Shown here: positions 53,838 through 60,871 of the stretch, piece by piece
Layout: each line of letters opens with the position of its first letter
Numbering within the stretch: the first letter of the stretch is position 1
DNA from: a bacterium
GTDB lineage: Bacteria > Patescibacteriota > Minisyncoccia > Portnoybacterales > JAKAHB01
Assembly (NCBI GenBank): GCA_021815315.1
Contig: JAKAHB010000001.1
Span: forward strand, 54,580-115,450
Direction: 5' to 3'
Length of the DNA: 60,871 nt
The notes under the pieces: model-generated
Databases searched by the model: none
Seen by the model: the letters and a program-made list of their open reading frames with translations, nothing else
What the model was told of the DNA's origin: nothing
Translations under genes and position numbers: made by a program

Positions 53838-55415
53838 GTGACGAGCAGCTTAAGCGACCATAATCTTATGACTCTGGACGCCGAGAAAAGATATTATTTA
53901 GAAGTGGGGCGCGCTGAAGATCTGCGAGGCAAAGACAGGGTTATTTACCGATTCTTTGAAATGTTGCCCGGGATTTTGGCCTGGTCAACTTTGGTTGCGA
54001 TTTTCGTTCTCTCTTGGCTGGCTCCCATTTTCACGGCCTTTTTTATTATTGTTTTTGATCTCTTCTGGCTTTTGAAAACGGTTTTTTTGTCGTTGCATTT
54101 GAGAGTTAGCTATAACCGTACCAAAAAGCACTTAAAAATAAAATGGTTTGAATGCCTGCAAGCGGATTTCGATCAACAATGGCAAGAGATTACTCATTTA
54201 TTGATCTATCCTTTTTACGACGAATCTTTTGAGGTGCTAGACACCACCCTCGGCTCTCTATTGCAGTCGCGTTATGATTTAAAAAAACTGATGATTGTCT
54301 TGGGAGTAGAAAGAAGAGCGGGCCAAGGAGCGTTAAAAGTTGCCGAGCGGGTTAAGGAAAAATACGCGGAAAATTTTGGAGATTTTTTAATTACCATCCA
54401 TCCCGATAATATCGTGGGCGAAATTGCCGGCAAAGGATCCAACGAAACTTGGATGGGCAAAGAGGCCAAGGAAAAGCTGATAGACAAGCGCGGCCTGAAC
54501 TACAAAAAAGTCGTTGTTTCTGTTTTTGACGCGGACACTCAAGTTTACCCCGAGTATTTTGGCTGTTTAACTTGGCATTATTTGAAGGCGGCCAAACCTC
54601 ATCGTTGCAGTTTTCAACCGATTCCGGTCTTTCACAATAACATTTGGGACGCGCCATTTTTTTCTCGAGTGGCGGCTCTTTCCTGCACTTTTTGGCAGAT
54701 GATGCAACAAGCCCGAGCCGATCGCCTGACTACTTTTTCTTCTCAAGCCTTGAGTTTCCAGGGCTTGGCTGATATGGATTTTTGGAATCCGAAAAATGTT
54801 TCTGAAGACTCGCGGGTTTTTTGGAAAGCTCTGTTGGCCTTTGACGGGGACTATTCCGTGGTCCCTCTTTATTACCCCGTTTCCATGGATGCCAATTTGG
54901 CCCCCACTTTTTGGGAGACTGCCAAAAACGTTTACAAACAGCAACGCCGTTGGGGCTGGGGCTCTGAAAATGTCGCTTATCTTCTTTTCGGGTCAATAAA
55001 AAATAAAAAGATGCCTTTAAGATTAAGGCTTAAGCATAACCTCAATCAGATTGAAGGTTTTTGGTCATGGGCGACTAACGCTCTGATGATTTTTCTTTTG
55101 GGTTGGTTGCCGTTAATGGTTGGCGGGCAACAGTTCAATCAAACCGCGCTGGCTTATAATCTTCCCAGACTGACTCGCTGGATTATGACTTTCGCCATGA
55201 TCGGAATTGTCAGCTCGGTTATCTACAGTTTGACTTTAATGCCTAAAAGACCGGGAAAATACGGAAAGCGCAAATATTTCGCGATGGCTTTGCAATGGTT
55301 GACCTACCCCATAAATTTAATAATCCTGGGAGCTATCCCTGGCCTGGAGGCGCAGACAAGATTGATGTTGGGTAAGTACATGGGTTTCTGGGTAACGCCC
55401 AAGGCGAGGAAATAA
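53838..55415 (+). CDS. Membrane-embedded family 2 glycosyltransferase (processive-type)
   Basis: Flanking TMs. VFDADT and QQRRWGWGSE (Q-x-x-R-W) motifs. GTG start per the track. Confidence 0.7.
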   Translation: MTSSLSDHNLMTLDAEKRYYLEVGRAEDLRGKDRVIYRFFEMLPGILAWSTLVAIFVLSWLAPIFTAFFIIVFDLFWLLKTVFLSLHLRVSYNRTKKHLKIKWFECLQADFDQQWQEITHLLIYPFYDESFEVLDTTLGSLLQSRYDLKKLMIVLGVERRAGQGALKVAERVKEKYAENFGDFLITIHPDNIVGEIAGKGSNETWMGKEAKEKLIDKRGLNYKKVVVSVFDADTQVYPEYFGCLTWHYLKAAKPHRCSFQPIPVFHNNIWDAPFFSRVAALSCTFWQMMQQARADRLTTFSSQALSFQGLADMDFWNPKNVSEDSRVFWKALLAFDGDYSVVPLYYPVSMDANLAPTFWETAKNVYKQQRRWGWGSENVAYLLFGSIKNKKMPLRLRLKHNLNQIEGFWSWATNALMIFLLGWLPLMVGGQQFNQTALAYNLPRLTRWIMTFAMIGIVSSVIYSLTLMPKRPGKYGKRKYFAMALQWLTYPINLIILGAIPGLEAQTRLMLGKYMGFWVTPKARK

Positions 55416-55499
55416 GCAGCTGGCAAGCAGTTGGCAGAAGATGAAATTAAAACCCGCTCCGATATTTTATCGGAGCGGGTTTTAAGAGCGCCGAAAAAA

Positions 55500-57662
55500 T
55501 TATTCTCGGTGGACTTGCCTTTCTAAAAATTCAATTCTGGTTTTTATTGCCGGCAAATTTTTAAGCTGGGGATCTTTCGTCAAGACATTCAACGCTGCTT
55601 GTCTGGCTTTTTTTATCAGGCCAATGTTGGTTAGGGAGGCCATGGAAACATCGGGTAATCCCGATTGGTGTTCGCCGATAAATTCACCCGGGCCGCGTAG
55701 CAGCAGATCTTTTTCGGCCAATTCAAACCCGTCGCGACTTGTTTTCAAAACCTCAAGACGCTTCAAAGTTTCTGGTTGGTTTGAGCCGCTAAACAAAAAA
55801 CAATAACTTTGATGTTCGCCGCGGCCAACTCGGCCTCGGAATTGATGCAATTGGGCCAGGCCGAATCGGTCGGCATCCTCAATGACTATAACCGCGGCGT
55901 TGGGGATATCAATGCCGGCTTCAATAACCGAGGTTGAAACCAAAATGTTAATTTTATTTTGGCGGTAGGCATTCATAATTTTTTCTTTTTCGGGCGCTTT
56001 CATTTTGCCATGGAGCAGGGAAACTAGAAACTCGGGAAAAATCTTTTGCAGTTTAGAGTGCTCTTCGATGACCGCCTTGACGCCTTGCCAGGCGAGCTTG
56101 CGCTTATCCGCTAGCAGCTCCGCTGTTTTTGGTTCTGGCGCGCAATCGAGATTATCTTTTTGCGGATTACCCCCATCTATTTTGGGACAGACAATGAAGA
56201 TTTGCCGTCCTTCTTCAACTCGAGAACGAATGAAGTCATAAGCGCCCAGTCTTTTTTCGGGCGGGACAACAAATGTTTTGATCGCCTTTCTGTCTTTGGG
56301 CAACTCGTCCAACAGGGAAATATCCAGGTCTCCATAAACAGTCAGAGCGAGGGTGCGGGGGATGGGAGTGGCGGTCATTGAGAGCAGGTGGGGAATGGTT
56401 TGAGGCAATCCGTCTTTGGCTTTGGCAGCTTCTTTTTGCAGGGAAGCTCTTTGTCTGACGCCAAAACGGTGTTGCTCGTCAATAATAACCAGCGCCAGAT
56501 TATTAAAACGGACGTTTTTTTGGATTAGGGCGTGCGTCCCAACGACGATACCCGCCCCGCCTTCGTTTATTTTTTCAAGAAGTTCTTTTTTGGGACACTT
56601 CTTGTTGTCCAGGCAAGCTTTTTTGCTGGTCAAAAGAGAGCTTTTTATTCTTTGCCCCTTAAACAGTCTTAAAAGCTCCGAAAAATGTTGTTGGGCCAGA
56701 ATATCGGTTGGCGCCATCAGGACGCCCTGAAAGCCATTGTGGGCGGTCTGGAGCAGGGCTATGGCGGCAACCACGGTTTTTCCGGAGCCGACGTCGCCTT
56801 CAAGCAACCGGTTCATAGAATTTTTCTTGGCGACATCCTTTAAAATCTCCCAAGCCGCTTTTTTTTGAGCTGCGGTTAGTTTAAAGGGTAGGGAATCAAC
56901 AAACTTTTTTATTAACGATTGGTTAAATTTAATGGCGGGTGATCGTTGCTGCTGTTGGCCGATCTTTTTTCTTAACAAAAAAAGTTGCAAGAGAAAAAGC
57001 TCCTCAAAAGAAAGTCTTTTTTGAGCTTGCGCGAGGAGGCTTAACGAGTCGGGGAAATGAATTTGTTCAAGGGATTTTTTGAGAGATAAAAGGTTCTCTT
57101 GTTCCAACAAGTCCTGGGGGAGATTCTCCCGGATAAGAGAGGCGTATTTCCCCAGGGCTTTTTGGATGAAGAATCTTAACCAGCGCGAAGTCAACCCGCG
57201 AGTTTCTCTGTAAATTGGCACTAAGCGGCCGGTGTTTCTCGTCTTGGCGCCGGTCAGTTTTTCGTAAGAGGGATTGGAAAAAATAGGCTCCTTACCGGAC
57301 AAGCTTAAAGTTCCGGCTAGATTGAGACTGTCTCCTTTTTTTAAATTTTTAACCATAAAAGGCTGATTAAACCAAATAGCCTTTAAAAATCCGGAAGAAT
57401 CTTGGATGATGGCCGTGGTTATAACCATTCTCTTTCTCCAGGTTCTTTGATTTTTAATATCAAAAACGCAACCCGAAACCGTCGCTGGCTCGTCCAATTT
57501 TAAGCGGGCGATGGGAATCGTCTTTGAAAAATCAAGATAGCGGGTGGGCGCGTAATAAAAAAGATCACGCAAACAAAAAACGCCAACTTGGTGTAGGCGC
57601 TTAAGATAGGGCGAGGAAATCCGGACTGTTTTTTCAATTGGCTGGGTTAAAATGTCCATCAA
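55500..57662 (-). CDS. recG: ATP-dependent DNA helicase RecG
   Basis: Wedge/OB N-terminus, Walker A GDVGSGKT, DEQHRFGV, TATPIPRT, QLHQFRGRVGRG. Confidence 0.9.
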   Translation of the reverse strand: MMDILTQPIEKTVRISSPYLKRLHQVGVFCLRDLFYYAPTRYLDFSKTIPIARLKLDEPATVSGCVFDIKNQRTWRKRMVITTAIIQDSSGFLKAIWFNQPFMVKNLKKGDSLNLAGTLSLSGKEPIFSNPSYEKLTGAKTRNTGRLVPIYRETRGLTSRWLRFFIQKALGKYASLIRENLPQDLLEQENLLSLKKSLEQIHFPDSLSLLAQAQKRLSFEELFLLQLFLLRKKIGQQQQRSPAIKFNQSLIKKFVDSLPFKLTAAQKKAAWEILKDVAKKNSMNRLLEGDVGSGKTVVAAIALLQTAHNGFQGVLMAPTDILAQQHFSELLRLFKGQRIKSSLLTSKKACLDNKKCPKKELLEKINEGGAGIVVGTHALIQKNVRFNNLALVIIDEQHRFGVRQRASLQKEAAKAKDGLPQTIPHLLSMTATPIPRTLALTVYGDLDISLLDELPKDRKAIKTFVVPPEKRLGAYDFIRSRVEEGRQIFIVCPKIDGGNPQKDNLDCAPEPKTAELLADKRKLAWQGVKAVIEEHSKLQKIFPEFLVSLLHGKMKAPEKEKIMNAYRQNKINILVSTSVIEAGIDIPNAAVIVIEDADRFGLAQLHQFRGRVGRGEHQSYCFLFSGSNQPETLKRLEVLKTSRDGFELAEKDLLLRGPGEFIGEHQSGLPDVSMASLTNIGLIKKARQAALNVLTKDPQLKNLPAIKTRIEFLERQVHRE

Positions 57663-57675
57663 AGAGAGAAAACTT

Positions 57676-57729
57676 GAGGCGCAAGAGACGAAATGGGGTT
57701 TGCACCTCGCGTCTCAAATCTCGCGCCTC
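57676..57729 (-). terminator. Long hairpin after tRNA-Arg(GCG)
   Basis: GAGGCGC..GAGACG...CGTCTC..GCGCCTC, followed on the minus strand by AAGTTTTCTCTCTTT. Confidence 0.4.
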
Positions 57730-57742
57730 TTGTTTTGTAACG

Positions 57743-57816
<74 letters not shown>

Positions 57817-57919
57817 TCATAATCTGGCGATGGAAGGTGGCTCGCATGGCCAGAGTCTCGGCGAATTGGCACTTACTATTTCTAAAACTTTCCGCCCCCC
57901 TTGTCAATCAAGCCAAGAC

Positions 57920-58402
57920 CTAAAAACCGATTTTCCCAAGTAATAAGTCAACGAACGATTCTTGTTGTTCTTTTTCGGGGAGGTGTTTTTTCAAAAAGCT
58001 TCGCAACGCTTCAAGGTCTTGCTTTTTGTTTACGGGGATAAATAAATTATTGTTTATCTTGGATTTGAGAATCAAGGAAATTTCGGGGGGATGGGGAAAA
58101 GGTTTTTGGAAGATCCAAAAAGAAGAAATATCTTTAAAGTGCACGAGTTTGCTGTTGATGTAGAGACCTTCTGCCGCCACTGAAAAAAAGTAATTTCGCG
58201 GCTGTTTTAACGCATGGACGAAGAAAGAGAAGCCGGCAATAACCAAAAGAAACAGAAGAAAATAATTCTCCAGCAGGATTGAGGCGACAACCAAGACTAG
58301 GCTGATGGTTCCAGCCCAGATGAGCCACTTTTTTGTTTTGGGCAAGTAGACGAACTCTTTTTCTTCCCAGTGAAAATTAGCGGTAGAGTTTTTTGTTTCC
58401 AT
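57920..58402 (-). CDS. Two-TM membrane protein, unknown function
   Basis: 160 aa with a TM hairpin (WLIWAGTISLVLVVASILL, FLLFLLVIAGFSFFV) and a soluble C-terminal domain. Confidence 0.45.
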   Translation of the reverse strand: METKNSTANFHWEEKEFVYLPKTKKWLIWAGTISLVLVVASILLENYFLLFLLVIAGFSFFVHALKQPRNYFFSVAAEGLYINSKLVHFKDISSFWIFQKPFPHPPEISLILKSKINNNLFIPVNKKQDLEALRSFLKKHLPEKEQQESFVDLLLGKIGF

Positions 58403-58583
58403 AAGCCTAGCTATTTTAGCACAAGAAAGACGCCACTCACAAGTTGACTAAGCTTGGCGGGAAAGTTATTATTTAATTTGTAATCAGCGCGAGAGAATGA
58501 TTGATTGAGCGATTAAATTCTTTGAAAAGTTAAACAGTCGGAGGCGATGCCCGGGGGTGTTTGCCTGCCAGACTATGTTTGAA

Positions 58584-58673
58584 GGAGAGATGGCTGAGCG
58601 GTTGAAAGCAGCACCCTGCTAAGGTGCTGAGCCTTTACGGGCTCCGTGGGTTCGAATCCCACTCTCTCCGCCA
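58584..58673 (+). tRNA. tRNA-Ser (anticodon GCT), class II, CCA encoded
   Basis: Acceptor GGAGAGA/TCTCTCC, anticodon stem GCACC/GGTGC with loop CTGCTAA, long variable arm, T-arm GTGGG-TTCGAAT-CCCAC. Confidence 0.85.
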
Positions 58674-58685
58674 GTAGTTTTGAAA
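58665..58685 (+). repeat. att-like core copy 1 (tRNA-Ser 3' end plus 12 nt)
   Basis: tctccgccagtagttttgaaa, identical to 59399-59419. Confidence 0.9.
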
Positions 58686-58771
58686 GATGAACATTGGAAG
58701 GTCCTTATTTTACGGCGCATTTTAGAAAATAAATTTGATAAAATAGCTGAACCCGCAAGGGATTCGAACTT

Positions 58772-59212
58772 ATGTGTAAAGTAATCTTTTATTCATTTAG
58801 AACTAATAAAAGTCTTAAAGAATTCCAAGAGAATAAGATTCCTGTTTTTGTATTCGGTTCATTGAAAAAAGATTTTGAGAAGTTTTCAAAAATTTTGGAA
58901 AAAGATAAGCCGGAGGTGGTGCTTGGATTCGCAGCTGTTAAATCAAAATCTCGATCAGAATCAGTCACTGTAAATCGCTTTGGACGAGATAGAAAAATAA
59001 ATCGAGACGGCCAAGATTATTATAATTTAGAAAGTCTGACAGATGGTCAGTTTGAATCAGCGAAAGTTCCTACGACATCTTTTTGCAACTGGACAATTTA
59101 TAAAACAAAAGAATTCATCAAAAATAAATCTTTAAATACCAGGGTCAGTTTTATACATTTCAATCCAAAAGACACCTTGGAATTATTGGATTTATGCAAA
59201 AACTTAAGCTAA
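58772..59212 (+). CDS. Islet 1 cargo: 146-aa protein, weak peptidase C15 (pyroglutamyl peptidase)-like pattern
   Basis: VVLGFAAVKSKSRSESVTVNRF and SFCNWTIYK loosely resemble the Pcp core and Cys motif. The call is tentative. Confidence 0.35.
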   Translation: MCKVIFYSFRTNKSLKEFQENKIPVFVFGSLKKDFEKFSKILEKDKPEVVLGFAAVKSKSRSESVTVNRFGRDRKINRDGQDYYNLESLTDGQFESAKVPTTSFCNWTIYKTKEFIKNKSLNTRVSFIHFNPKDTLELLDLCKNLS

Positions 59213-59233
59213 CAAATTACAGCTATATTAGTG

Positions 59234-59263
59234 TAGCCGATTGTAGCGGATTATAGCGGCAAA
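59234..59263. repeat. Three tandem 10-mers (TAGCGGATTA-like) at the islet 1 right end
   Basis: tagccgattg tagcggatta tagcggcaaa. The homologous triplet tagcggatta caacggattg tagtggtaaa lies at 59923-59952. Confidence 0.8.
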
Positions 59264-59265
59264 TT

Positions 59266-59439
59266 TTAGTAAATTCTTTGGGTGAAAAACGGAACATCAA
59301 ACAAACTAGGATTTTCTTTGTAGATTCGCCGCAAATTCCGTATAATCTTACCAATCTGACTAAAATTGAGCCGTACCGGTTCTAATTTCGGGACATCGTC
59401 TCCGCCAGTAGTTTTGAAAAGTAAGCAATAAATAAACAC
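59266..59439 (-). CDS. Conserved small ORF running through the att core (islet end module)
   Basis: The frame reads ...FKTTGGDDVPKLEPVRLNFSQIGKIIRNLRRIYKENPSLFDVPFFTQRIY. The paralogous frame at 59953-60108 reads IKTHCGDNVPKLEPVRVLSSHHVDKIIRNLRRIYKENLNNFDIPEFAQKIY. The two differ by synonymous and conservative changes and stop at the same position. The start codon is uncertain (GTG at 59439). Confidence 0.35.
   Translation of the reverse strand: MFIYCLLFKTTGGDDVPKLEPVRLNFSQIGKIIRNLRRIYKENPSLFDVPFFTQRIY
59399..59419 (+). repeat. att-like core copy 2
   Basis: tctccgccagtagttttgaaa. It is preceded by ccgtaccggttctaatttcgggacatcg, a diverged copy of the tRNA-Ser T-arm/acceptor region. Confidence 0.9.
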
Positions 59440-59514
59440 TTATTTTACACTACTTTTCTAAGACAAAGTTTGTTAAAATGAGTGAACCCCGAAGGGATTT
59501 GAACCAAGAAGTAG

Positions 59515-59925
59515 ATGAGAAATACAGGACCAATTTATAAATTACTTATATCTGTAGTTAATGTTGCGTTAACTTTTATCATCGCCCTGCCATTTCTTAT
59601 CCACTACGGATTCAGCATTCAGTGGAGATTTGCATGGATTGGAGCTTTCTTTATTTATAACATTGTTTGTGAAATGTTATTTGGAAAATGCGTAGGAATG
59701 ATGTTGTTTAAGGCGCACTACGAAATCCAAGTGCCAGTCTGGCGAAAAATATTATATGTCATTCTCTATACTGTGTCGTTCAGCACCTTACTTCTCCATA
59801 TCTGGTTTCCGTTCGACATTCTCTTGATCAATATTCTTGCGATACAATTGCCATGTGTTCTGCTCACTGGCACTACCCTCCATGGTTTCTTGAGCGGAAA
59901 TGTTAGAACCGTATTTGATATATAG
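59515..59925 (+). CDS. Islet 2 cargo: 136-aa polytopic membrane protein (RDD-like, tentative)
   Basis: Four hydrophobic spans; no firm motif. Confidence 0.4.
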   Translation: MRNTGPIYKLLISVVNVALTFIIALPFLIHYGFSIQWRFAWIGAFFIYNIVCEMLFGKCVGMMLFKAHYEIQVPVWRKILYVILYTVSFSTLLLHIWFPFDILLINILAIQLPCVLLTGTTLHGFLSGNVRTVFDI

Positions 59926-60088
59926 CGGATTACAACGGATTGTAGTGGTAAATCAGTAGATCTTTTGAGCAAATTCAGGAATATCGAAATTGTTAAGATT
60001 TTCTTTGTAGATTCGTCGCAAATTTCGTATAATTTTATCAACATGATGGGATGAAAGCACCCGTACCGGTTCCAACTTTGGAACATTG

Positions 60089-60109
60089 TCTCCGCAATGG
60101 GTTTTGATC
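60089..60109 (+). repeat. att-like core copy 3 (degenerate, 15/21)
   Basis: tctccgcaatgggttttgatc, preceded by ccgtaccggttccaactttggaacattg, which is homologous to the flank of copy 2. Confidence 0.7.
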
Positions 60110-60218
60110 TAATTGAAGAAAACCAACGGCGCGACGAAGTCCGTCAGGGGGTTCGCGTAGGCGATTTTTACTCTCTCAAGCAGGGGGTAGAGCCCCCGCT
60201 TGTTCTTAACTGTAATCT

Positions 60219-60871
60219 ATGTCGCAAGAGCTGGTTTGGGAAAAAGAATATCGTAACCCGCAGTTATTAACCAAGGGAGATAAACCTCAAAAAGATGTCT
60301 TGAGGTTTTTTAAATTTTTGAAAAAAGAGGCGGGTCTGGTTTTGGAAAATTTGGATGTTTTGGACTTGGGTTCGGGCACGGGTCGAAACGCCAATTACCT
60401 AGCCCAGCTAGGCAACAGAGTGGTGGGCATGGAAACGGCGCCGACGGCCCTGGCGCTGGCTAAAACTAGAGCCCAAGAAAAGGGCCTCGCGGTTGATTAT
60501 CTGTTACGCGACATCGGAGCCAAATATCCTTTTAGTGATTCTTTTTTTGACTTGGCCCTGGATATAACCTCTTCAAACTCGCTGAATGAAGAAGAGAGAA
60601 AGATCTATTTAAACGAGGTTAATCGCGTTTTGAAAACAGGGGGATATTTCTTCGTGAAAACTCTGTGCAAGGAGGGGGATAGAAACGCCAAAATCTTATT
60701 AAAAAAGAGCCCGACCGAAGAAAAAGACATCTATTTCAATCAAGCCCTGGGCTTGCGGGAAAGGGTTTTTGCTAGGGAAGATTTAATAAAATTATATTCT
60801 CAACATTTTCAAATCCTTAGGCTTTTGAAAAAAACAAGCTACACCAGGTTTAAAAATCAAAGCTATAAAAG
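60219..60871 (+). CDS. Class I SAM-dependent methyltransferase (C-terminus beyond window)
   Basis: Not in the track because it runs off the edge. My translation gives MSQELVWEKEYRNPQLL...VLDLGSGTGRNANYLAQLGNRVVGME...VLKTGGYFFV. Confidence 0.7.
   Translation, partial: MSQELVWEKEYRNPQLLTKGDKPQKDVLRFFKFLKKEAGLVLENLDVLDLGSGTGRNANYLAQLGNRVVGMETAPTALALAKTRAQEKGLAVDYLLRDIGAKYPFSDSFFDLALDITSSNSLNEEERKIYLNEVNRVLKTGGYFFVKTLCKEGDRNAKILLKKSPTEEKDIYFNQALGLRERVFAREDLIKLYSQHFQILRLLKKTSYTRFKNQSYK

Overview
About 40% G+C, gene-dense chromosomal segment. By inference it comes from a Candidate Phyla Radiation / Patescibacteria-type (Parcubacteria-like) bacterium. The grounds are a short 522-aa IF-2, a 4-domain S1, three tandem TrbC/VirB2-like pilin genes, many small hypothetical membrane proteins, and the standard genetic code. 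The backbone is housekeeping: pnp, rpsO, a Xer-type recombinase, nrnA-rbfA-infB, cca, cfa, rubrerythrin, nusA, ppaC, tig, clpP, rny, ymdB, HU, a sensor kinase, rplS, rluD, ftsH, rpsA, gyrA, VanW, Hsp20, PrsW, tsaD, a GT2 glycosyltransferase and recG. I hand-folded 23 tRNA genes; no rRNA or CRISPR was seen. The unusual content clusters at tRNA genes. (a) Three high-GC islands sit directly downstream of class II tRNA 3' ends. Hand counts of sampled 60-nt lines gave about 58-67% G+C, against about 40% in the flanks. The islands are a pyrF-pyrE pair, a single 7-TM-like membrane gene, and a self-contained three-gene operon of unrecognisable membrane-associated proteins with its own near-consensus promoter, coupled starts and terminator. 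(b) Two tandem integrase-less islets follow tRNA-Ser(GCT). They are bounded by a 21-nt direct repeat of the tRNA 3' end and carry conserved end modules. (c) A GIY-YIG nuclease gene is bracketed by a 36-nt duplication of the tRNA-Leu(UAA) 5' half that breaks in the anticodon. (d) The tRNA-Ala(CGC) 3' half is duplicated as a scar. Other oddities are an orphan NrdD-type zinc-ribbon/glycyl-radical mini-protein next to rubrerythrin, an in-frame TAA inside ymdB, a tRNA-Ile(UAU), and several short phased DNA repeat arrays. All calls come from reading the sequence and ORF track by eye. No searches or computations were run.
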